Position numbers and translations under genes: made by a program
NCBI GenBank assembly: GCA_030141605.1
Contig: JAQGDQ010000064.1
Location: 62,001 to 126,000 of the forward strand
Source: Tubiluchus corallicola
Taxonomy: Eukaryota > Animalia > Priapulida
Direction of reading: 5' to 3'
Length of the DNA: 64,000 nt
Shown: positions 22,881-34,750 of the stretch, in pieces
How positions within the stretch are numbered: position 1 is the stretch's first letter
How the letters are laid out: every line of letters starts with the position of its first letter
The notes under the pieces: generated by a model
The model's input: the letters and a program-made list of their open reading frames with translations, nothing else
What the model was told of the DNA's origin: nothing
Database searches by the model: none

Positions 22881-23475
22881 TATAAAGGTATATGCATTGT
22901 GCTTAGTTTATACGCTTAAATGTCATTTACATGCTAACCTATGTCTCAGCTAACTTTAGCCTAGCTTATTTCTATGCATGTGATACTTTGTTGATCATAT
23001 ATAAAACGTTTTACCTGTACTTCGTTGCTGTGTGGTACACTAATTCAAACTAACGACGTGTCTTTGACACATCAGCAGTAAATTTTAGTTAGGCACAATC
23101 CTGTTACATTTATATTGCACTGGTATTTTTTGCCCTAGCACTGTTCGCTATTCTTGTTCATTTTTGTGTGTTGTTTTCTGTCTCTAACTAATTATAAATA
23201 TTGGTTTACCAGATGTATATATATATGTTGTTTCATTTTGTTTGGCTGTTTACTTCGTTGGGGGAGGAACATACGTCTGCTGTTTCAGTGGCTCATCTTA
23301 GAGGCATTGCTTGGGAATGAATCAGATTCCGGTTTGGCGATGATCACCCAAATTGGGCAGATCTGCCGCTGAGACTGGGTTCTGGTTAGCAGCAGCATAT
23401 CAAATTGTTCAAAAATGTCAAACAATGGCAAAAAAATAAACAATGTAAAGCTTGAAACTTTAATGAGTTTCTTAT

Positions 23476-23895
23476 TTAAAGGCTCGTATAACCCCAACAT
23501 ACACTGAAGTTTTTAACGCATTATTATTATTACACAAAATATTCATAGTTATTATTAAACAAAAGAGACTTAAATAACTTGCCTTTTTCTGGCGAATTTC
23601 GGATGCATGCATTGCCCTAACGCTCGCCCTGAAAATGACGTACGAGGTACAGAAGGCATCTTTAGTTACTGATGTTTGTTTGCCAGTCTTAGGTGGCCTC
23701 GTGACTGCACTCATAATGTCATTCGTCTCGCGCAACGAAAAAGGGGAGTTCTTCAAATTTAATATTGCTAACAGTGAAGTGATAAAAAATCAAATGAAAC
23801 AAATTTTACAGTAAATTTTTGATAACATAAATTGACTGTTCATAATAAGAGTAGGATGTTAAGTTATAAAAGCTTATACTATAGTGAGGGTTCTA
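23476..23895 (+). mobile_element. Non-autonomous DNA element, copy 2 (downstream of the stop codon, possibly in the 3' UTR)
   Basis: Begins ttaaaggctcgtataacccc; homologous to 11360-11810. Confidence 0.65.
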
Positions 23896-26800
23896 TGTGT
23901 GCGATTTTCATGCCAATGTAAGAATTCTTTGCACAGCATTCTGCTAGGGTGGCATGCTAAAGGCAATAGGCAGGTACAAATAGCAGCTGACACGATGCTC
24001 AATTTTAATCCTTCTCTCCACTAAACTGTAGATTAACTAGACATGAATGCGAGAGAGTGTTAACCTTGTATATACCTATAGTGATCAACAAAATTGCTTT
24101 AGAATAACTTATGTTATTAATAACACACTGTGAAATCCAAGAGACACTTCACGAAACCAATAGACATGTTTGTCATACAGTGTTAACCAGGTTACCATCT
24201 AATATTGTCTTGCTGATAGGTCTGCATAAATAAAACATTTATTAACTGTATAATAAAATTTGTAAAGTATTGCATTAAATTGAACTAAATTAAAATGACT
24301 TAAATTTAATTAAGTTATCTTTTTTTATAGGAATGGCTGAAATAAGTGGCTGTAGTGCAGAAATCAACTCACCTTAAGACACAGCAGTGAGAACAGCTGA
24401 TGTCATAAGCTCGTTACTATGCTATCTTAGTTGCTGTACTTAAACTGTAGGGTATTGTAATAAAAAGTGCTCTTCCGTTGATTTTCATTGATAAGTCTTG
24501 GTACATATCATTACATATATTACTATGGTTTTTTTTAATTTAGGGCACTTTGAGGTAAAAAGCTGCGAAAGGAAAAGCTTTTAATGTCCGTCAAACATAG
24601 AAGCACCTCTATAGTGCAATACGCAGATATACATAAATTTTTTCACTTTCATAGGCATTATGTCCATTGTCACGTAAAATGTAAAGCAGTAGATGTATTA
24701 TGAAGATTGTTGGCCAGTGCAGTGTAACGATCAAGTGAAGGTATTTTAAAATGTACAGCCAAGTCTTTTAGAGATTCCTAAATTGTTAAAGTGGTAGCAA
24801 CTTATAATGTTTCATCTTTCTTGTCACTAGATGTCATCACATTATGCAAAATATGCTACCATTAGGCACCGTGTTGGTTTCAAAAGCTGCCAAAATTACT
24901 ATTAAACTAAGTGAAGGTGTTGTATTGTTAAGAGGGTAAAATGCCTATAGACTAAAAAAACAGCAAAGAGCAGGTTGCTCACTGAACAATCAATCAGTCT
25001 TACTTTTACAACAACAAATTATGAGATAACTTGTTTACGACTGTTTAAAAATTTCATTGTTAAGTATTTTGCAGTTTTTTGTAAATTTTATGAATTTCTT
25101 TTTACTCCAATTTTTGCAGTAAGCTCGAATGACACAATGCATTATATGCCACAGATGAAAAATATTGGTAATGAGGTACGGCGTGCGAAAATTTTAGCAT
25201 GGTATCTCGTGCTTCACTGCTTTATTACTAAGTTAAATTTTCTGTTTTCTGATCATTTCTGCTTTTTAAATGCCTCATTGTCAGGTTGATTTTTGCCCTC
25301 CACTAATATTTCTGACAGAGCAATCAATTTTACATTTTCCAAATGCTAAAATTGTAAGAAAGCAGTGGATTCCTGGGCTTAATCATAAACTCTATGAAAC
25401 TCTATGATCGATGAAAAGAGAACTGGACACAGAGGCAGCAGTTTTCCCCTGCATTTGACTGATGCTGGTTTTGAGCCTGAGCAGAGCAGGTGCACTGTCT
25501 GGTTTGAAGGGAAAATAAATCTGAAGCCTGCTGTTATTTTGGCTCTGTGTGTGAGTAGTAGACATGAACAATTACTGAAATTCATTTTTATAAATGCCAT
25601 GAGCTGTGCAAGTCCTCACTAAAGCTCGCTTGAGAAATTGTATTGGGCTCAAATAAGTAGTACAGCTTTATCTGAAATGTTATTGTGAGTTACAATCTTA
25701 CAATAGTAATTCCAAAACTATTATTATCATTGCAAAAATGTTTGAAAATGGCTCAATAACTCCTAACCTAGACTAATATAGCTTTTCATGAAATTTAGCC
25801 AGAAACTTTAATTATTACCTTTAATTACTGTGTATGTATTAACCCAGAAAGTTTTGGCTAACAGTTTACTTGCGGATTGCAGATTTGATTACCCAGGGAG
25901 TATTGGGTGTACTACCAGTGTTCATACAGATTAAAGAAACACCATGTAGATCTCACAGTTTCTCTACAGCTACAGTTTAATAAGTAACTTACTGCCTCCT
26001 TACTTGATATATTCCAAGATTATTTTTGGCTGTTTATTATGTGTAATCTAGATTATCTGGTTTAATTTGAATTTAATTTATGTAAATTCAGTGAGAAAAA
26101 TTCTGATACAGTAACATCTTATTTGTTTTTTACTGCATACATGTATACTTTGCTTAATGCGACAAAGATACCAGTGACGTTATGCCAAAATTAATACAAC
26201 TTATTTTTGCCTGCACTTTTGTCACTTTTTAAATATGATGTGATTATCAGCAATGTCTAAACTATATTTTGATGCCCAATCATATCTTGCCTTAAGTGCT
26301 GCTTTAAGTTATGTATCTTGCGTGTAAATAATTATTCTGATTTATTCACAAAAAAGCACAGAATCTGTACATTTTTTATATGTAATGTAGAAATGTTTTA
26401 AGGACCTTCGTGATGCCTAGTGAATAGTGTGGTTGAATTCTAGCTTGACTTCTATTGTACATATTTTTTATGTAGAATATATTAACTAATTCGAAACATT
26501 TGACTCAATATTTATTTCACTATTAGCATTAGACCATTACATTAACTATCACCATTAGTTGGCTTAATATCGTTACTCCTATAGGGATTATTTATTGGAT
26601 TAATAAAGAAAAATCTAAAGTTTCCAGCCTGAGTATTGAGTCCAAGACCTTATTATCAGTCAGATGCTAGTAAGACCTGGTTTCTGAACTTAGAAATTTT
26701 ACTTTAAACTCTGTTAATTTTAACCTATTTTGCTTGGTATAGAATAATGGTATAGGTAATAGAATGCCTGAAACTATAAAGATTAACTTTTGTTTGTATT

Positions 26801-27044
26801 TATTTGTTACGAGCAAAATGTTTAATATTTTGTTTATTCATTGTAACTTATATTAAGTATAGTATAGTGTTTATAGATTATCATTAAATATTTGCACTCT
26901 ATTATGTCTTGTTTACCAATCTATTTTATATGCTATAGCAAGCATTGTCTGAATAAAGTATTCTTAAAAAAAGATTTTACTGTATATTGAATAGCATATA
27001 ATTAACTATACAAGCTTGTAGTATTATAAGTTTGTTTGGCTAAA

Positions 27045-27141
27045 GGTTACAATTCCCACACACAAGAAATTATTTTGTGAAGCGGATTAGCATTAAGATT
27101 AGAGTTGGGTTAGCGTATTTAAATTGTGTGTGGAATTGTAA
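27045..27141 (+). mobile_element. Short element with inverted ends and degenerate TTAGGG-like repeats, copy 1
   Basis: ttacaattcccacaca ... tgtgtggaattgtaa; homologous to 61408-61576. Confidence 0.7.
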
Positions 27142-27829
27142 TTAGTATTAGTTAGTTAGTTTGGTCGAAACGAATGACTAAGTGGTCACAGGTTCACAAC
27201 AGGTGCTTAGCTACCAGAATTAAATAAAAGTTTAATGCAATAGTTTCATTGCAAGGTTACATAAAAGTTTGAGACAACAGCGTTCTTTACAGCATTCTGT
27301 TCTGTCCTTTTGAACTGACAGCAGTGCGAACGCAAGAGGCAACTGACCTTGTCTTATTTTGTCATTTAGTAAACTACTCTGCTTGCACGAGAGTAATGGC
27401 CTCGTTTTACTCTTTACTTTCATTACTTGCAGTCATTATATTATAATTTATTTTTCTCCGTCAATTTACATTTAACAATAAAATATACAAAAACACAAAT
27501 GAACATGGGAGAAAGGGTGGCAAAAAACCAATGGTTAACGAATTAACCACCTAATATTAGCATATAAGCATACTGATGATTAAACTATTGGCTGCCCTCA
27601 TGTGAAATCATCAACAGTTTTGGCACACATACTTAGCAGGTTAAGATTTTACATTATCCTGCCATTAAATTTACTGACGTTTAATCGATAATCAAAATGA
27701 ATTATGAGCATTGAGCAAGACGCTCGTAATGAGAACATTCATAGTGTTAAAGATGCGTAAATCGAGCGCAAATTTTGTTAAAAATTGATTTGTGCGAATT
27801 ATAGGATAATAGCGTTGAATCAAAAATCA

Positions 27830-28850
27830 AATCAAATCATTTATTTTTTTATCCCAATAACAATATAAATAAAAATAGATATAAATAAGAAGAGCCAAGC
27901 GAAAGGGAAGGGGTGGCGAAAAACATTTGTTATCGAATCAGCCACCCCAATCCGAGTATTAAAATTATTGCGCAATTTCTAATTTTTAACTGAAGAGAAC
28001 GGAAGTAAGGTTACCAAAAACTAACAAAATCAACGTTGATTAATGACTCAATGAACTTAGAAAAATAATATAACATGCAATTTTTTTTCATGCTTAAATG
28101 ATCGTAAAGGAAAAGATCATGCATAATCAGTATCCCAATCTGTGGACACAGTCAGGAACTAAATATGTATATATGTATATATACATATATATATACATTT
28201 CTAATAAGTCACACATTTCTTTATAAAAATAAAAATATGGAAAAACACATGCAGTTATAAATTATCAGTTTTAAATAATTATGTAAATAAAAGAAAAGGT
28301 AAACAAAAATCATGCACAATCCTAACAAAAATTGTAAATATATTTATCAACTAATTTGTATAATTTTATAAGATACTTTATAAACCAATTTTAGCCTGCA
28401 TGCAGTATATATCATGCAGTGTCCTGTATAAATTTACCTGTACTGTGTCTATCGTCAAGTCAGAGAAATTTACTTATTTTATGGCATCTTCAAAAACATT
28501 TCATAGACATCAAGCAAAATATACTGGAAAGAAACAGTTGCATTAAGAAGATATACTCAAAACAGTAATCATTTTATCACGTGAAGAGGAGTTTTCTGTT
28601 TTCTGTAAACCAAGACACGGAGACAAATATAATTCACAATCTTAATCATATTTCATTAGAAGTTGTTTTTTATACCGTTTTTGAAAAGTAAACAATGTGC
28701 CTGCTAATAGGTCTGGTGAAAGAGAGTTCCACAGTACAACACCTTTGTATTTAAGCGAACATTGGCCTCTACTGGTTGCGAACCTGTTCACAAAAAAAGC
28801 ATTTCTTTTTGCAGATCTTGTATTATATCGATGTATATCAGAGGTTTAAA
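27830..28850 (-). mobile_element. LINE 3' fragment
   Basis: (ATCAA)n tail; terminal hairpin ggggtggc..gccacccc; ORF remnant SLKYKGVVLWNSLSPDL..FQKRYKKQLL. A second copy of the 3' end lies at about 27480-27555. Confidence 0.65.
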
Positions 28851-28969
28851 AAGGAAAGGAAAGGAAAGAAAACATTGATCATTAACGTTTAGTCGATTGT
28901 AAGAGCCACAGGCAAAAGAAACCGTTTTGTAACATCAATGTGAAACAAATTAACATTATTGAGTGAGTT

Positions 28970-29480
28970 AACAAATAAATTAAGTAAGTAAATAAATAAG
29001 TAAGATCTTTATTTAAACTCGATAGCTAGAATGAGCCATAGGCTCCTTTACATGCAGGTCGAGTGTACTAAAACAATACATAATATACATAAACATAAAA
29101 AGTGTATAATATGAAATGCAACGTAAAAGTATACAAATTTTACATACGTGTACAAAATTATCCAGTAAGTAAGATTTTGAAGCATAAATTCGGCTGATGA
29201 AATGAGTGCAAATTGATTGAATGAAAAAAATAAACTATAAAAAGCAGATTAAGATGAAATCTCTGAACATGCAAGTCAAGATATCCTTGATAATCTGTAA
29301 GTTTAAAACAAACACATCTTATACTGAAGTATGTGAGAAGTAGATTTGTAAATTTCGAGTAAAATTCTTCAATTTAGTATTTAAAACACCCTTTTTAAAA
29401 CTCATGACAGTTGGAGCTTCTCGAATACTTTGAGGGAACTGATTGAACAGTTTTGCTCCATAAATCTGGAAAAAATGTTT
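28970..29480 (-). mobile_element. LINE 3' fragment (different family)
   Basis: (TAAA/TAAG)n tail; ORF end YGAKLFNQFPQSIREAPTVMSFKK. Confidence 0.65.
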
Positions 29481-31359
29481 ATACAAGTTATTTTTTGCAA
29501 AAAGCACAAATTCAAACTTTCCGGCCAATGAGCCAGCAAAAGTAGCTGTAGTAACACGAAAACTATTCTTAATTTTCAACACACTATAAAGCTGGTTAAA
29601 TTGAATGTTGCATCACTAGCACAGTTTATAATGGTAACTACACCCAATTTCGCTTATCACGTTAACAATGTACGTGATTCAATTAATTAACATCGACAAA
29701 CGCCACAATCGCTCGTCTAAATGTGTCAATCTAAACAATTATGTCGACGAATTCAATCCATAATGAGAATTTGCGGACACACGAATCATTCATTATTAAC
29801 CGAAGGTTTCAGTGTGACCACAGAGAGGTGATATTAACTCAACGTGATAATATTGTAGGCTACTGTGCCAGGCTTCATCCTGAGACCAATGCTGCTCTAT
29901 ATTGGTTTGCTGAGAAGCCAACTTTTCTGACCCGGTTCCATGGCAAACAAGCCCACCCTACTTGCACGAGATGCGTGGAAGTTTTTAGTGAAGTATATTG
30001 AGTCCTTATGCGTGATCAATAATTACAAGTGCAAAAAATTCATGCCTGTTGCGTAGTGTTGTTTCTACCAGCATTAGCATCAACTTGGCTAAGACAAAAG
30101 TTTTTCTATGTATGATGATGCTAGGATCCACCGCCTTGTATGCATTTCACAACAAACCTGTGCAGACTGATTCGTAAATCAGTAATGTGCTCAGAATCGA
30201 AGCAGTAAGTCTATGTGTCTCTGCAGGGGTATTTCTCGCTTTGCACTAAGTGTCAGTGAGTGAAACACATTAGGTTATGCGCTTTTTCACACTTGCCATT
30301 GCTCGCTCCTTGTGAAATACGATTGATTACTCTGCCAGAAAAGAGGCGGTGAGGCTTTCAGTGTTAAGAGTTATTGGAAAACTAAAAAAGTAAAGCTCTT
30401 CATGGTAAATTTCATCTGCTGACACAACGTCGAGTTTGTTTGTGTTCGCTCAATAGTTTCTTGCGAGAAACAAAGTGGCTGCCTACACAAGTTTACATAG
30501 AATGGCTGCTTAGGCGCTGATGGTAAGAAACTTGAATATGTGTAAAGAAAAGCGCATTCAATGGCGAATGCCTTTTTGTAATAAATGTTTGCCATAAATA
30601 GGGGCATGACTAGCTAGGATAGTGGTTTCTTTTAAAAATGTTTTGAGCTCTGGGATTAATACGCCAGAAATAGTTTCTGAACTCTTTTGGAAGAGATGAA
30701 GCCTCATTAACGTTTCTTTTATACAGAAATTTTGGTGTATAGGCCTATCCCTTTTATTACAGCATAAGCGAAAGGAACAGTGCAGTAGAAATATAGCATG
30801 CTGATATTATACAGAAGTGTGTTAATCAAAATTTTCAAAGCCTGGACTACAGTATTATGATATCATAATGACGTAAATTAATATCATCTTTGCATTATTC
30901 CACTATCACTGCGTACCGTATGACTAGTTAACCGCGCTTATTGAACTTTGGTGTAGTAGCTGATTATATAAACCTTTTATTAGCACACCATTTCTTTTAG
31001 AATACCTTGTATATGAAGTTTTTTCTATAATCATTGAAAATAAGAAAACCAAATGAAGTTGTAATTTGTCAAAATTCCGCGCACAGACTTTCATGTTTCC
31101 CAAGTATCCAAACTATCACATTTCCCATAATTTAACCTAACATAATGTAACAAATGTAAGACGACAGGCTATTATATGACATTGCGCACCAAATTTGTCG
31201 GGTACCAACTTTCCTATATTCTTGTGTGCCATGCCATGTTACGCTACTCTGTTCTGTTATATGTAATTGTTATATTGCTTTACGTTACGCAAGACAATGT
31301 CATGTCATAGTATGTCGTCCAACATTTGTTACATTATGTTATGTTATTGTTGAATCATG

Positions 31360-31783
31360 AGCAAGAATGTAGGAAAGTTTGGTACAGGTAAATTTGGTGC
31401 CATTGAAACTATGTACACTAAGAAAATATGGTACTAGGAAAAGTTCGTAGTAGAAAAGTTTGACGCCGGAAAATTTGGAACTAAACAGAAAAGACAGCAT
31501 TTCTATACCTGCTATTACAAAAAATTGCGACAACAATAGCAGCGAAAGAACAAATGTAACAATGGCGATAGCAGTGATGATGATGATAATGACGAAGTTG
31601 ACGATGATGATGACAATAAAAACAACATGCAAGAAACAAACAACCAATTGCAATAGCAACAGCAGTAGCAACGATAACAATGACAACAATAGCAGCAGTA
31701 ACAACAAAACAACAGCAACAACGGTAACAGCAACAGCAATAAAGTACAGTTGCAACTGTAACAACAAAGAAACAAAAGTAACA

Positions 31784-31815
<32 letters not shown>

Positions 31816-32335
31816 GGTGGTGGTGGTGGTGGTGTGGTGGTGGTGGTGGTGGTGTTGGTGTGGTGGTGGTGGTGGTGGTGTTAATGATCAAAGGAGCGAG
31901 CAAAAAACAGACACCAAGAATAAGAACAATAACAACAATGACATTGAATGAAATAACAAACAAACAAACAAATAAACAAACAAAAAACCAAATAAAAACA
32001 AATGCAACCATATGAACTTCTATAACTTTTGCGAGTGGGTTACATAAAAGATATTTTCGTAGTGCCAAACTGTCCTTGTACAAAACCTCTGTAGCCAGTT
32101 TTCCTAGTAACAGACGTTTTTGCAATTTTCTAGTACCAAACCTGTTACGTGCCACTTTTAACTTGTGCCTGATTTACTTGTACCAAAAATTTCGCCATAT
32201 TGTATTTACCAGTAGGCCTACCTCATTTTCCCAGTGCGAAAATTCCCCTTTACCAAAAATTCCTAGTAGCAAAATTACAAGGACCAAATTTACTTATACC
32301 AAACTTACTAGTACCAAAGTTTTTGAGCACCGGCA
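31360..32335. mobile_element. Foldback-like element with ~15-bp periodic arms enclosing (AAC)/(GAT)/(GGT)/(AAAC) microsatellites
   Basis: Left arm aaagtttggtacaggtaaatttggt versus right arm accaaatttacttataccaaactt (reverse complement). Confidence 0.6.
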
Positions 32336-32479
32336 CCAAAGTGTACATAACGTGAAATCATAACGCAGCCTTTTGTTGGTCAAAAAATGATGCATTCACT
32401 TCCTCTTCTGAAATTTATTGGAGAGTCATTTGCATTATGGTTCTTAATGTCTGACCAGGGTTAGAGTGCACATTCCTGA

Positions 32480-32935
32480 TTATTCGTACAGAATTCGTTT
32501 GCACATTGATATTGTTTCTTGGTGCATTGTAGCGTGTGTCGTAGGTACAGACTGGCATTGTTTCTTGATGCATTGTACATTGTGTAATGGAGAGATACAC
32601 TGTCATTGTCTCTTTGTGCATCGTGGAGAGTACAGCGTACAGACTGTCATTGTTTCTTGATGCGCTGCACAATGTGAAACCTCTGTTTCTTGGTGCGTCT
32701 TACAGGGCATGCGTACACACTGTCATTGTCTTCCAGTGAATTGTACAAGGTGTAGGGCACAGACGGTTATTGTTTGTTAATACTTTGTACAGAATGCACT
32801 TACAGATTATCATTGTTACAGACAAGATTTCGTACATATTGTGATTGTTTCTTGGTGCTTTGTACAAGATGCCCGTATAGAATCATTGTTTCTTGATGTT
32901 TTCTACAGAATGCTCGCACAGGCTATCATTGTTCT
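32480..32935 (+). repeat. Degenerate minisatellite, unit ~40-44 bp
   Basis: About 10 recurrences of CATTGTTTCTTG(G/A)TGC...GTACAG..ACAGACT. Confidence 0.75.
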
Positions 32936-33049
32936 GTCAGGCATCAGCGGCAACGGCAGCTGTCTCTTATAGCTTGTAATTGTACCTGTCATTGCTCCTG
33001 AAAGTCGTTTTAGATGACACGTACGGAGCGCCCTAGTTTCCTTTTCTGA

Positions 33050-33760
33050 TGCTTAAACTATCATATACACAGCTTCATCGTTTCTTAGTAATCCATGCAC
33101 GATGAGCTGAGGCGTTCAGATTTGAAATGACATCTCTGGTCGAAGAATCCAAGTTTTACATATTTGAAGATTGATATAAGCAGACAAACATAAGAACTGC
33201 AAGCAGTACGCTATTCTTAGAATGAAAGTTTGAAACTGTCTGTACATTGTCTGCACTCTATACGTACCGGTGATGGATAGTCGTCTTTTCAAACAGTAGA
33301 ATAACAATTTAGATTTCGCAGCATTTAATATACAGATATCGAACCAATATTGTACAAATGGGCTAAACAAATAGTGAAGAAAGGTTAGGTTGTTCCACAA
33401 TACCCCAAGGTTACAAATTAATTGTTGTATGAATCCACAGTCTTAATGTTAAATTTACAATGTAAACCGATCGGAAATAATGGAAATAGGAAAGGTTGGA
33501 GTGAGCCTTAACTTCACTTAGAGACTTTGGGAGTATAAATCCACAATGCAACCCTACAAATTCGTCTCCATCTCTTCAATAAATCAGGCAAGTTTTAGTT
33601 CAGTATAAATGTCAAAGAACCTCTTCTTAAGTATATTTTCATTAAGGTAAGTTCATCAAGAAAAATACAATAATAACATTATAAATACTACGTTACATTA
33701 GGTTAGATTAGATTTATTGACTAGTAGTTACAAATAACCAGAATAAGAACTTAACAAAGA
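33050..33760 (-). mobile_element. Highly decayed non-LTR retrotransposon remnant
   Basis: Fragments such as LNAAKSKLL resembling the RT-adjacent region; many stops. Confidence 0.35.
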
Positions 33761-34680
33761 GGAAATTTGTCTATCAAGGACAATTTAAGTGATCATGTAA
33801 CAATTTTCAACAATCAGACACAAAATTAATGACTAGCTTAGTATTCTGGTAGGTGAAAATATGAAGTAGAGAGTCCTCGTTAATATCGTTAAAAACTGTC
33901 TTGTTTCTGATAAATGCAGTTTTTTCACAGTGACATAGCACGTGCACTTCGTCCTAGACTATATGAGTACCTTCTACATTGCAGACCAAAAGAAAATCCT
34001 GAAAAGGTACTACTTTGTAAATTTCTAGATGCGATTTTTTTCTAAAAGTGGGCAATATAACCATATAATTCAGTATAGTCAAATTGATAAGACTGGCTAT
34101 GTTGACCACTTTTAGAAAAAAGGCCTCCAGGGCTCCACTTTTTTGAAAATTAGTCTAATCTATTAGTGAATACCACGAATCGATTTAACTAATTTTGTTC
34201 CAAAGAAGCATTGTTGGTTACCCATAACCTCTGTTTGAGAGAATACCTACGTGATAAAATATCACTAAATTATATAAACTAAGCCGTCTTTGTCCCCACA
34301 GATCTGTTGGAAATTAAATTAATTTCGGTAGATGAAATATTTAAATGTTGAAACATGGTCAATCTGCTCTAAGGCTACAATTTGACTCGTCAAAACAAGT
34401 TACGTGAGTGAGCTGTGATTGACCTATCACGTGATAGGATATATGACTTCAACAACGCCGTAATTTTTTGAGAAAAATCTTCACAGCTCATTATTTTAGA
34501 AAAAAAGCCATACACGCAGTCACACAGTCGCACCTTTCCACTGTTTCTCTACTCTTAAATTCGGTCACGCTAAAAGCTCCTGGAAAACACCAACAACGTC
34601 CTTAGCGATTTTGTAGTAGAAATTATTTATAATGCTTGTCTCATGCACCGAGTGACCTAAAAGAAAACGAGTCAGGTCTC

Positions 34681-34750
34681 CAGGGCCGGATTATCCTATA
34701 AGCTAGTACAAGCCGTAACCTTAGGCACCTCGAGCTTGGGGGTCTCCTAA
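34681..34750 (+). mobile_element. Truncated 5' end of the CAGGGCCGGAT hAT MITE family
   Basis: Nearly identical to the start of the element at 37674. Confidence 0.65.

Noticed and set aside
31339-32155. Overlapping low-complexity ORFs (poly-H, -V, -L, -N)
   Set aside because: Products of AAC/GAT/GGT microsatellites; no splice or codon evidence.
32480-32935. CRISPR-like repeat-spacer appearance
   Set aside because: Eukaryotic context, degenerate repeats, mutually homologous spacers and no cas genes; this is a minisatellite.
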